Shown: piece by piece, positions 52,959-64,000 of the stretch
Layout of the letters: each line of letters starts with the position of its first letter
Numbering within the stretch: the first letter of the stretch is position 1
Source: Vicugna vicugna
Lineage: Eukaryota
Length of the DNA: 64,000 nt
Direction of reading: 5' to 3'
NCBI GenBank assembly: GCA_013265495.1
Contig: MU057744.1
Location: 248,001 to 312,000, forward strand
The notes under the pieces: generated by a model
What the model was told of the DNA's origin: nothing
Database searches by the model: none
What the model saw: the letters and a program-made list of their open reading frames with translations, nothing else
Position numbers and translations under genes: made by a program

Positions 52959-53489
52959 TTACCCAAGGGAAATGAAAAAATATATTCATATAGAAACTTA
53001 TACACAAATGATCGTAGCCGCACTGTGGCAGGGAAGCAGAAAGGTACCTGGCTTTGAGGGATCACTGTCAACTTCAGCAATAAAACTATCAATGGTGTCC
53101 ATGATGCCTGGAGTTGGCATGCACTCAGGTACCTCTAAAATCTCCTAGAAGCTGGTGTAACTGTGAGAAGTAAGAAGGCCCCAGCACTGACTGAGAATCA
53201 ATTTTCTGCTAGCCCTGCAAGAAGGAAGTGAAGAAAGAATGTTCATCCTCTTCAAGATGCTGGACTGAGTACATGTGTTTATCTTTTCTCCCTCTTGAGA
53301 AAATACTAAAAGGAAAAGAATAAGAAGGCTAAAATATTGAAATAACATTGTGAATGGGAAGGGCTTTGTGAATGGATGAGAAATTTCAAAAAAAAAATGT
53401 CTGGAATACAGAAAGCAGAAAGACTACTGATTGATGAAAGCAGTGGGGATGGAGAGTGGCTGACTTGGGATCAGCAGGCTCAAGAGAAC

Positions 53490-53998
53490 CTGAAATAGAA
53501 TAATGCCCCCTCCCTGAGATGTCCATGTCCTCACCCCCAGATCCTGTAGATATATTAGGTTATGTAGCAAAAAGGAATGAAGGTTGGGAGTTGAAATTGC
53601 ACTAATTGATAATCTCAAAATAGATAAATAGATCATCTTGAATTATCCAAGTGGATCCATTGGCAACTACAAGTGTTCTTCAAAGTAGAAGAGGGAGGCA
53701 GAAGAGGAGAGTCAAAGAATGAGATGTGAGGTTGGAGCCAGGGTTGGAGTGGTGTGATTTGAGAAGGACCCAACTCTGAATATGGAGCAAGGGGCCACAA
53801 GCCACAGGCAGCCCATGGCCTCTAGAACCTGTGAGGACAAGGAAAGAGATTCTACCCTGGAGTCTCCAGAAGGGAACACAGCCCTGCTGATACCTTGAGA
53901 AGTGCTGGACCCCAGCAGAACTCTAAGATAATAAATATAAGCTGTTTTAAGCCACTAAGTTTGTGGTAATTTGTTAGAGAGGCACTAAGAAACTAATT
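53490..53998 (+). mobile_element. MLT1D-like MaLR LTR
   Basis: agaataatgcccc...gatgtccatgtcct...ttttaagccactaagtttgtggtaatttgtta. Confidence 0.85.
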
Positions 53999-54739
53999 GG
54001 AACAGCTTTATACTTATCAACAAAGAGGGTGGGAGTGATAAACATGGATGAAAACAGAAATTCATTGATAGTCTGTAAATGGAGGGGCACACTCCCCCAT
54101 GTTACCTCCTTCTTGTACCCTGATGGGCAGTCTAAATCATTGCCAGGTATTTATCCCAAAGCAAAAAAAGTAGACACCTCTAGAGAACTAGAAGTAAGTT
54201 TCTAAAAAATTTGAGGAAGTAGAATGTATTGGGCCAAAGAGCTACACTCTTCTATTCTGGCATCTGGGAGCCTTCCTGGGGCATGATGGCTGCTCCCTTC
54301 CCTCTCACACGGCACTGAAGCTCACCAGCCAGCCAGCCAGCCAGCCCTGTCACATGAGCTGAGCTCCTATTAGCTCACATTTAGCATTTCTGCTGCCTCA
54401 TTCCGTCTGAAACACAGGTGGACAACCAGAAACCCACCCACATTTATAGAACACCTGCAGTGACAGGGAAAGACCAAGGTTAAAAAAAAAAAAAGGAACA
54501 AAACAATATAGAAAAACTTAATTTAGAGGAAACAAGAATAATTAAGGGAACAGAGAACGTCTTAAAGTAAGACCAACCATAATCTATAAGTAGTGCCACT
54601 GGAGAGATTAGAGGAGGTACTGAATTGAATCTATGGCAAATGGTGTTTGTCTACCCAACAGACATTCCTCACTTCTTCCTTATGAAAAGAACCCTGATAT
54701 TTCCCCCATGTTGTGTGGCCATGTGTTTCAGGGGAAACG

Positions 54740-54965
54740 GAATTCTCTCTTCCTTGGGGAGCTTAGTCTTTGTCTCTTAAGGCCTTCAGCTGGTTGGGTG
54801 AGGCTCACCCACGTTATGGAGAGCAATCTGCTTTACTCAGAGTCTACTGATTTAACTGGTGATCTCATCTAAAACAAACCTTTACAGCAACATCTAGACT
54901 GGTGTTTGACCAAATAGCTGGGTACCATGGCCTAGCCACATTGACATGTAAAACTAACCTTCAAA
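54740..54965. mobile_element. MLT2-like ERVL LTR fragment
   Basis: ttaaggccttcagctggttgggtgaggctcacccac...acagcaacatctagactggtgtttgaccaaatagctgggtaccatggcctagcc. Confidence 0.8.
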
Positions 54966-55584
54966 TCACATGCCAGGATGAAAAGTTGCACATCAGAAGG
55001 TACCAAGAGTTCCTAAGAAGTCTGGAGGGAATTTTGCATGATAAACATATGCCAGTGTGAAGTTCCCAGTAGAAGGCTGCCTCCTCCTGTGATGGGGCTG
55101 TGAAGACAGAGATGGAAGAAGATTGTAACATGTTACAATGAGAGGATTAGCTTTTGATTTCTTTTTCTTATATAAACCTTTTCCAGAATGCCCTTATGAA
55201 CAGTTATTCATAGCCTCAACTCCTATGGTGTCCAGTTAGACACTGTGAAATCAAATAAGTCTTCTGACATTGAAAATCAGGCTTAACTGATCTTGATTTT
55301 CTTTTAGGTTACCCCCCAACTCCAGAGGGCTTCTGTACTAACACAGGTGTCATGGACCCAATAACAAAAATCAAGAAAGTAGATGTAGTCACTGAGAGAG
55401 TGTGTAGCAGTTGGCAAGGACAGTTATCAGGCAGGGAGCAATCAAAGGACTAAGGAAACCAGGAAGGAAGAGAATGGCTAATTGAAAAAAGAGAGAGTTC
55501 TTAATCTATAATCCATGGATTTCTCTGGGGCCCATTAATTGTCTTCAAAGGAGTAATTAGCTCCCTAAAATTATATGTAAAATT

Positions 55585-55666
55585 TTTTAACGGAAGCACT
55601 GGGGATTGGACCCAGGACCTTGTGCGCGCTAGGTACATGCTCTACCCCTGAGCTGCGCCCTCCCCT
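55585..55666 (-). mobile_element. tRNA-Ala-derived SINE head
   Basis: ggaagcactggggattggacccaggaccttgtgcgcgctaggtacatgctctacccctgagctgcgccctcccc. Confidence 0.85.
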
Positions 55667-56062
55667 ACAGACGGGTTGGGGTTGAGGCCTGTGTACGTTG
55701 CAGTGGGGTAATCCTCCCTGGTCTGTACTGGCTCCTGGGAAACCGGCTTCATCAGTCAGCGGGTTTCCCGTCCTCAGTGCCTGTGCCCGGCAGCATTTGT
55801 GCTTCTGTTCGGTGCGGAGGGTTTAAGCCCTTTGGTCTCAGTGCAGAGATGCAGGAATGGTGGCCGGGTCCGAGGCAATGAATGAGGGGCTCCTTTTCCT
55901 CGCCTCGCCTAGCATATGTGGATAGCTTTCATCAGATTTCCAAAGTGATTTGTAACTCCCTGTCCAAAAGAAAAAGAGAAGAAGAGAAAAGAACCTCTGG
56001 AAAGAAACCAGAAACCATCTGGCTCCAAGGGGTGAACCATTACATGGGATATTGACTGAAAA

Positions 56063-56576
56063 TGTTACTGAGTCCAAACTCGTTCTGCTTTCAGGCTGCA
56101 TGACAGGCCAATAAATCAGGAGACGAGGTATTGGGGCAAGGAATAGGAACTTTATTCGGAAAGTCGGCAGACTGAGAAGATGGCAGACTAATGTCCTGGA
56201 GAACCATCTTAAGACAGAATTCAGGCTCCTTTATCAATAAAAAGGGGAGGGGGTGTGGTTGGTTGTTGCAAACTTCTTGCTGTAGGAATCCTTTGTCCTT
56301 GAAGCTGTCCCCATGGGTCAGGTCATGGTGTCCCTGTAAAACCTCCAAAACAAATGTTATTTTCTATTCTGCAACTTGTTATTTTTATATAAGTGCAAAA
56401 GTGTTAATATCCTTAAAGGTCAGAGCCTTGAGAATAGGCTCTGTATATTTCAGGCTAACAGCAGCATTATTTTACAAAAAGTGCAGAGCCAGCAAGACTA
56501 AGCCTAGAAAACGGCACAGGGTTAAAGCCAAAGGAACAGAACTAATATGGAGTCAGATCTGTTATTTTCTATTACA
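56063..56576 (-). mobile_element. ERV1-class solo LTR, same family as 51623-52141
   Basis: Reverse complement aligns end to end with the 51623 copy; TG...CA ends; 4-bp TSD aaaa. Confidence 0.9.
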
Positions 56577-58764
56577 AAAACTGTTCATTCAGTATGGCAA
56601 TGAGAAGGTCTCGTCTTTGAAGGGCGGTTTAGCCGTGCTCCTGCAACCTCCTTTCCACTTCACCTCACTGCAGACTGACTTCTGAGTCTGCCACTCTACC
56701 GAAACCGCTCTTGTCAAGGACACTGACATTTATTTTGCAAAATCTAGTGAACAGTTCTCTCTTCTCATCTTAAGTGACTTCTCAGCAGCTGTGACCCCAC
56801 AGTCTTCCAGTTTTTCTCCTTCCTGTCTTGTTTAAGACACTATTTCCTTTTTGTGCCCTAGATGAAATGGTTACAATAGTAAGTGACCCCTCTTAACCCT
56901 CTCTCAACCCTGCCTCCCACTTCTGTTATACTACAGCACTAGAAAGACCTTCCTCCAGTCTTTTTTCTTTTTACATTGCTAGATCCTTTTTATCTTGCAG
57001 CTATCAGCTCAGATGTCACCTTGAAAGTTACCTTCCCTTTACCTTCCTACTTTCAGTTGGTAACATAGCATCTATTTCCTTTTCTGCACCTAGCACATTC
57101 TGAAATTACCTATTTTATTTATGTATCATCTGTCTCATACCATTAAGATATAAATTTGTCCAAGACTGGAACACTGCATCTCTGTTTCGCTGCTAGAGCT
57201 CCAGTGCCTAAAAATAGTATTTGGTGCAGAGCTGGAGCTTACTGTTTACTTGATGCAACATGAATGATGAGCCTTAAAATGAATTGTACTGCAAATATTT
57301 GATATTTTAAGTTTGAGCTTTTTTTCCCCCTACAATGTTTTACAGATGATTTTTACAACAAAGGGGGATAAATAACCCTATCAGCCTATGCTACAGAGAA
57401 ATCAAGGAATATGGTGACTAAGACACCACCTTGGGGATTTGAAGTCACTTGGTGATATTTGAGAAGGTAATCGTGGAAGAACTGGAGGGGAGAGAGAGCC
57501 AAAAGATCAGGCTGAAAATGACTGAAGTGAGAGGGAGGTGAGGAATAAGAGGCCCTTTTAGGGAAAAATTTAGCAGAGAAAGCACTTCAAAGTGATAACA
57601 TGGTTGAGGCAGCAGTGCGCAAATCAGTGTGATGAGAAAAGGACTGGAGGCAGAGAGGGGTCGTTCTTTCACTTGAGGCAAAACTAGGCAAATATTATTG
57701 CAACTCGGTGGAGAGGGGAAAGTACTTTCCATACCGGTTGTGGGACCGGTCTGAATTTGCTGGAGGCTAGTAATTTTCAAAAACTGTGGTCATTCTCTGC
57801 CAAAAGATAATTTAAAATGCTCAAGTTAAAAAACTCCACAGCTTTTATCACGACACAAATGAATGTCAGTAAAATAACCATCTTTATTACATTTCAGTTT
57901 TCGTCTAAGTTGGGGCCAAATGTATCCCTCAACCTTCAAGAGGGCAGGAGGCTCAATCAATCAGTGGTAAAGCCCGTCTGATAAAGTCCATCTGAGACAA
58001 AGCTAACAAAATGTATTAAGTTGTTGAAACAAGGGAAATCCCACACCAGAGGAACTTGGTAGGGGGTGGGTCACTTAACTGGGAAAAAAAAAAAACAAGG
58101 AAGAGGCAGACACAGCATAGGACTTGGTGGAGTGTAGGTAAGAATTAAGCAGGCTCAGGCCTCACCTACGAAGCTGACTCCAAGGTCATGTATTCTTGAA
58201 AACTGTAAAGCTAACAAAAACGTGGAAGGTTATATCTGAAAAGACCTTATTTGAAGCGCTATGCCTGAGCTGACAAAGTGTCAAAACGATCCCCGGGACT
58301 CTGCCAGGCAGGCATGGGATGTTCCACCGTTACTGATACGATTTTAAACAACAAAGCTTCTAAAGTTTGTTTTTTGAAACAGAGTTTCTTAGTCTATGTC
58401 CTTTCATTAATCAGCAAAAGCAGTTTTTAAAAGGTATCTCTGTGTTGAAATTCTGCCTAACTTTAACATTTAGCATGAAGGCTACCTCCCCGAAATGTTA
58501 CTGTTTCCCTTTAGTTGGGTTAAAGGCCTCTTTTATTTTCACCAGCAGTAACAATACTACAGTAACAATCACCAACAATACTTACCGGCTCTAATCATGT
58601 GCCAGACTCCATGGCTAGACGCTGATGCATTATCTCATTTGATCCTCACAACCACAGTGGAGACATTTTCAAATGAGAAAACTCTTTAGAAATTAACACG
58701 TCTACGGAAGGTGCCTTTTCTTTTCTTAGGTGTTTTATGTACTATTGCATTACCTAATTATTAT

Positions 58765-58896
58765 TATTTTTTTATTTTGTCAGGAGGGGGCGATAATTAG
58801 GTTTATTCTATTTTGGAGGAGGTTCTGTGGATTGAACCCAGGACCTCGTGCATGCTAAGCATGCGCTCTACCACTGAGCTATACGCCCCTCTCCCG
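58765..58896 (-). mobile_element. tRNA-Ala-derived SINE upstream of the second CpG island
   Basis: aattaggtttatt...gattgaacccaggacctcgtgcatgctaagcatgcgctctaccactgagctata. Confidence 0.9.
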
Positions 58897-59069
58897 CATG
58901 TGCTTTTTCTGTTATTGCATTTACCGCCTTACTTCCGGCTAGGTAAAACTTTCTTCCCCTAGTTTTTGGGGAGTCAACACCACATTCTCCTGTGACCACC
59001 ACACAGTTCCTACGAGGTAGATTCTCAATAAGCATGGAGCTGAATCTCGCTTGGGTGGTAACCAGTGAA

Positions 59070-59700
59070 CTAGGACACGCGCGTACCCGGAGTAGCTCTG
59101 TCGTTCCGGGCTTCCGGGGAACCGCCCGGGCGGCACAAGGGAGGGAGCCGGGCTGGGCTCGGGCGGGCTGACCAAGCTCCCGGAACCAGGACTCCCGCCG
59201 AACCTCGCCGCGCAGCCCGGCGGCCCCGCGATCTCTCGCGGCGGCGGGACTTCCGGCCTCAGGAGCACTTCCGGCCAGAGCCGGAAGCTGCCCTGGGCGA
59301 GGCGCTGAGGGGTCGGCGCTGGGACCGCCCTGGCCGGCCGCGGGCAGGTGAGCTTCCAAGGGTGTGGGGCGGGGGGAGCCGAGGGTTCCGGGCCGGCGGG
59401 GGCCCGTGCATCACTCTGCGTTGCCCTCGGGCTCTTGTCCCTACCCTGGAAACTTCCCGGGTTGCGGGGCGGCGCCTGCTCCCCGGGGCTTTGACCCCAC
59501 CCAGTCCCGGCGGGTGCGTTTGCGTGGCCGGGCGGGCGGGGTCGGTCCGGGGCCGGGGGCCCGGCGGGCGGGCGAGCCGGGCGGGTAGCGCCGCGCCGCG
59601 CGGAGAAGCCTCACTGGTGTGTCCCTTCAGAAGAGGGCAGGTTGGCACAGGCGACGGTCGGCTTGGTGTCAGGTGGGAGGGGCAGCCCCGACCTCCCAGA
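59070..59700 (+). promoter_or_regulatory. TBCE: CpG island promoter, probably TBCE
   Basis: CpG-dense; ETS/GABP motifs ACTTCCGG 59249-59256 and 59267-59274, CCGGAAG 59281-59287; TCTCGCG 59234-59240. Gene identity rests on conserved ARID4B-GGPS1-TBCE order only. Confidence 0.7.
59270..59347 (+). other. TBCE: Probable TBCE non-coding exon 1 (start approximate); coding exons lie beyond the window
   Basis: Strong donor CAG|gtgagc at 59347/59348 inside the island; no TBCE CAP-Gly coding sequence recognised in the window. Confidence 0.6.
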
Positions 59701-60069
59701 TCGGTTATCATCTGTGGTGAAGAAGGGATAACGTTAAAGGGATGGAGAACATTTACAGTCATTACATGTAGTCACTGCCTACAGGGGACTGTTCTGGGTT
59801 GTGGGCGGGTCCCAATGAGGGTGTGACATCCCTGTCCCCAAAGAAGCGACCGTCCAGTCCGGAGGACTGGGCTCACAAATGCCAAACTGCTAGAGAAAGA
59901 CAGTAGACGGAGATTAAACGAGCCGACTTCGCTTTTGTCAGACATTATAGCCCTGGACACTGTCTTGAGATTGTCTCAACTCTTTGCATCATTTTAGTTG
60001 TAAGCTTTCTGAATGCTTTTACAATTAGCTTTTTGACTGGCAGGCTTATTATACGTACAGTCACTGTCA

Positions 60070-61405
60070 TTCCTGAAATATATGTTAAGGCCAAAACCTT
60101 CGGAGTCATCCTTGACGCATCTTTTGCACACCGCACACCTCTAAGAACTCTGCCTTCAGAGTCTATCCAGACTCCCAAGCCTGTCTCACCACTTTCACTG
60201 TCTAAACTGCAGTCATCTCTCACCTGGATTTTTGCAGGAGCCACCTAACTAGTCCGCTTTTTCTTTTTTAAGTCTTTCTATCACAGCATCTAGAGTGAGT
60301 CTCCTTAAGAAAAAAAATCAGATTATCTCCCTCTCAAAACATCCACCAAAGACTACCCATTTCACTTAGATTAAAAGCTAGATTTTTTTTTGGCATGTTT
60401 TCTTCTTATATTTTATATTTCTCTGATAGTCGTATTTTGTAAACTTTGGAGAATTATACTTTAATATAAGGGAGACATACAGTGAGCAACAATAACTACA
60501 CACATAAAATAAGGCATTGTTTTTCTTCTAACTGAAGTATAGTCAGTTACAGTGTGCCAATTTCTGGTGTACAGCATAATGTCCCAGTCATACATAAACG
60601 TACATTTATTTGTTTTCATATCCTTTTTCATTAAATGTTATAAGATACTGAATATAGTTCCCTGTGCTATACAGAAGAAATTTGTTTTTTAATCTATTTT
60701 TATATTTTATAACTAGTGATTATCATTTGTAAATCTCAAACTCCCAAATTTATCCCTCCCCACCCCCTTTCCCCCAGTAACCATAAGATTGTTTACTGTC
60801 TGTGAGTCTGTTTCTGTTTTGTAGATGAGTTCATTAGTGCCCTCTTTTTTCTTTTATCTTAGATTCCACATATGAGTGATATCATATGGTATTTTCTTTC
60901 TCTTTCTGGCTTACTTCACTTAGAATGATGACCTCCAGGCCCATCCATGTTGCTACAAATAAAAGCCAGATTCCTTGGAGTGGCCTTCAGAGTTCTGTAT
61001 GATGGGCCTTTGCTTTCCCTCTGATCTCATCACTTGCTACTCTCCCCTTTGCTCTACTCTCTTGCCTCAGGCACACCCTAACCTCAGGATATTTGCACTT
61101 GCAGTACCTTTGCCTAAATGTTCTTCCCCTTTATGACCTTACCTCACCCCCCCCTTTTTTAATATTACCTTCTCAGTGAGACCTTCTCTTCTATTTCCAT
61201 CCTTCTCCTTGCCCTTGTGCCTGTCACCGTATGACATGTGTGCCATGTGCTGTGTTCATGTCTGGTTTATTGATGCTTCCCCACCAGGGCAGAAGCTTCA
61301 CAAGGGCAGGTGTTTCTCTGTGTTTTGTTTACAGCTGTAGCCGAAGTGCCTCAAACAGTATTTGGCTTTTCGTGGACTCTCCACAATATAACTGTTGAAT
61401 AAATG
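60070..61405. mobile_element. L2 3' part, split by the L1 insertion at 60385-60959
   Basis: ccaaaaccttcggagtcatccttgac...tgcctcagg...tttgcacttgcagt...gttgaataaatg. Confidence 0.75.
60520..60959 (-). mobile_element. Young 5'-truncated L1 3' UTR
   Basis: tgaagtatagtcagttac...atagttccctgtgctatacag...tagattccacatatgagtgat...ccatccatgttgctacaaat. Confidence 0.9.
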
Positions 61406-62160
61406 GATTTGTCCTTTTTTTTTTTTTTGCCATCTTATACTTTGTACTTTCTGTGTTTTTTTCTTTCTTTTTTCTTGCCTTTTCTTGGAACTGAGGTTTT
61501 GTTTGGTTTTCTCTTTTCACTTTTTCCTTTCTACTCATTTGGGAGATATGTTACTCCATATACTTTATTTCTGTTCTTAGAGTGGTTAACCTTTTCCTTT
61601 TAAATTTTAATTCCACTGTGCGTACTTAATTGAATCTAATCAGTCTTACCCGTGCAGAACAATATTGTTTTTACCTCTAAGCCACTGATTTTCACAGGCT
61701 TCCTGGATCATCTCAGTACTTATTTTTATAAGATGTAAATGTTCAACAGTAAAACTAGTAGTTACTATTTTCTGGTGGTTTTGATTTTTTTTCTTTTTGG
61801 TTTATTAAAGTAAATTTATCATACATCTTATAGAATGTTTATTGTATACTGAGTACTTTGAAGTTTATTTAAAAATATATATATGATATTTTCCCTACCT
61901 TAGCATTTTGCTGGGAAATGTGCAGACGAGTCCATTAGAAAATAAAATGATGGACATTATTAAGTGTGAAATGAGTACCACCCAGAACGTAGGTAGGGGC
62001 CACCAGAAAGTGGGAGCTTAACAGTTTGCTGGTTATTAGGAAGCTGGAATGAATTCGTGGAGGAGTGATTTGGGAAGATTTGGTGGGATTTGAAAGTATG
62101 TAGAGAAAAGGCACAAATTTATTGATTCACTAATTTTATTAGTTCCTTTCATATAGTTTT

Positions 62161-62288
62161 TTTTTCTTTTGGTGGGGGAAGTAATTAGGTTTACTTATTT
62201 ACTTATTCTTAGAGGAGGCACTGGGGATTGAACACAGGACCTCATGCACGCTAAGTATGCATTCTACCACTTGAGCTATACCCTCCCC
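62161..62288 (-). mobile_element. tRNA-Ala-derived SINE with 16-bp TSD
   Basis: cctttcatatagtttt at 62145-62160 and 62289-62304. Confidence 0.92.
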
Positions 62289-62509
62289 CCTTTCATATAG
62301 TTTTATCATAAAAATTGTGGGTTTAAGTCGTTGGTGTTTTAGACAGAAGACACGTCCACAGCCTCTTCAGATATGCCTAAAGCTTTTTGGAGGAGCTACT
62401 GAGGATGATGTGAGACAGTTCACTCTGAGGCGGGGAAACACTGGGAGGGTGTAGGACCGTTTGGACACAGGCTTTGATGTTAGGTGCGAAGTGCAGGAAA
62501 GGACAGTGG

Positions 62510-62795
62510 GACATGATGCTGAGTGAGGCAGGCCAATCACTAAGAGACAAATACCGTGTGATTCCACTTCCATGAGATATTTAGAGTAGTCAAGTTAATA
62601 GAGATTGAAGGTAGAGGCTGGGGAGAGGCACTTACGAGGAGTTGTTTAATGAGGGTAGACTTTGCAGTTTTGTAAGACGATAAAGTTTCGGTGATGGATT
62701 GCACACCAATGTGAATGTATCTAATGCCACTGAACTGTGCACATAAAAATGGTTAAGATGATAAATTTTATGGCATGTGTATTTTACCACAATTA
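62510..62795 (+). mobile_element. L1MA/L1MB-like 3' end
   Basis: atgctgagtga...gattccactt...aatgccactgaactgtgcac...tattttaccacaat. Confidence 0.85.
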
Positions 62796-63689
62796 GATTT
62801 CTTTTTGATAAAGGACAGCAGATGGATTTGTTTCCAGTTAGGCTCTTCAGTACTTGGGAGTTGTTATGTTTTAAGTGGTAATTTAAAAGCAAATGACATT
62901 TTTGCCCTTACATGTTCAAAAGTATTCCCAGATTCTTAGTCTCCCAACATGAACCACCCGTCAGTGAAACCCTCTTCCATTTCCCTACCTCGGAAGCTCT
63001 TTCTCTTCATTTCTGCTGCCCACTTCGATTATCACTTAACCAGGGCATGCTTTCCGCATGGAGCCTTCCTCACTCTTAACCCACCTGGTTGTTGTCAGCA
63101 CTGAATGTGATTTCTTGCGTTACTAATTTTAGATCTTCATTTTTTTGCTGTTAGTTACCTCTGCTAACTAAGCTGTAAGTTCCTTATAAGAGCATGTCTT
63201 CTTCTTCCGTATGTGCTTCATGACGGAAGGGTCAGCGGGTGTCAGGGCTCAGCCTAACATTGTCCTGCCCAGAGCTCCTCATCTCCGTTCGGGGCATTTC
63301 CCGCTGATGTCATGTTTTATACTGGAGAGGTGTCAGCATGAATGGTCTTCAGACCTCCTGCCAGTTATTTTGGTACAATCTTGAACAAATATCAGGAAAG
63401 ATTAAGGAAAATACACTTGGGGAAAAGAATCCATATTGAAGAACTTTTTTCTGATATGAATTCACGAAGTGCTAGTGTTCTCACCTTTTCTGTTGTGCGT
63501 CCGACATCTGTTTGGATCTCTTGGTGGCTGAACAAGGTAGCAGTTGTAACTGAATCTGTACCTGCGGTGGCGCTAGACTCACCAGGATTAAACTTCCCCA
63601 TATCAGCTACTGTTATTCTGAACTTGTGATACTTTTTTTTGATGTGGTATTTTTTCCTTGTTCTAAATACAGAATCTGATATATGATCT

Positions 63690-63880
63690 TAATGGCTAAC
63701 GTATTTACTAGATGTTGAACACTGCTGCACACTAACTCATTTAATGCTTACGACAGCTCTGTAGGGTCAGCCCTAATCTCATGCACGTTTTACAGATGGG
63801 GAACCTGAGATGTGGGTTAAGTTATCCAGCACCCCGTGGTCAGCATGTGCTGGGAGAGGTGGACTTTCTCTCCAGCAGAC
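63690..63880 (-). mobile_element. MIR SINE
   Basis: aactcatttaatgcttacgacagctct...ttttacagatggggaacctgag. Confidence 0.75.
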
Positions 63881-64000
63881 TGGCTGCATGGAATGTCCCT
63901 AGAACATTAAATTGGAGCAAATATGACCTAAATTCTTATTTATTTTTCAGGATTTTTTCAGTTGCAGGAGAAAGAAAGCCAGCTCAAACTGATGTAAACA

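Noticed and set aside
51623..56576. Full provirus bounded by two LTRs
   Set aside because: LTRs are inverted, each has its own TSD, and no gag/pol/env sequence was recognised between them.
56191..56685. 164-aa ORF with similar peptides in ORFs at 51574-52264
   Set aside because: The similarity comes from two copies of the same LTR, not from a protein family.
58868..59826. 150-170 aa ORFs in the second CpG island
   Set aside because: Same GC-content artefact; no domain similarity.
63342..63629. 95-aa ORF in the probable TBCE intron 1
   Set aside because: No similarity to TBCE or any family I recognise.
1..64000. CRISPR array, operon or prokaryote-type defence system
   Set aside because: The sequence is intron-containing mammalian DNA with no regularly spaced repeat-spacer structure and no bacterial-like ORF clusters.

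Overview
Mammalian genomic DNA, very likely camelid: the young SINEs are tRNA-Ala(AGC)-derived and resemble the camelid Vic-1 family. The window covers the ARID4B-GGPS1-TBCE neighbourhood. Bases 1-35029 are the long second intron of ARID4B (minus strand); its non-coding exon 1 and 55-nt exon 2 (codons Met-Lys only) lie in a CpG island shared head-to-head with GGPS1. GGPS1 is complete on the plus strand, with 4 exons and a 300-aa geranylgeranyl diphosphate synthase. A second CpG island at about 59.1-59.7 kb is probably the TBCE promoter and non-coding exon 1, called by synteny only. The rest is mostly transposon fossils (L1, L2, MIR, MaLR/ERV LTRs, hAT and Tigger elements). Repeat subfamily names come from visual recall of consensus sequences and need RepeatMasker confirmation. 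I found no convincing new multi-gene system. The best second-look items are an L1 3' transduction, two SINE copies carrying extra sequence, an old inverted duplication marked by a shared L1/MLT1A junction, a pair of inverted solo LTRs, and candidate poison or uORF exons in ARID4B and GGPS1.
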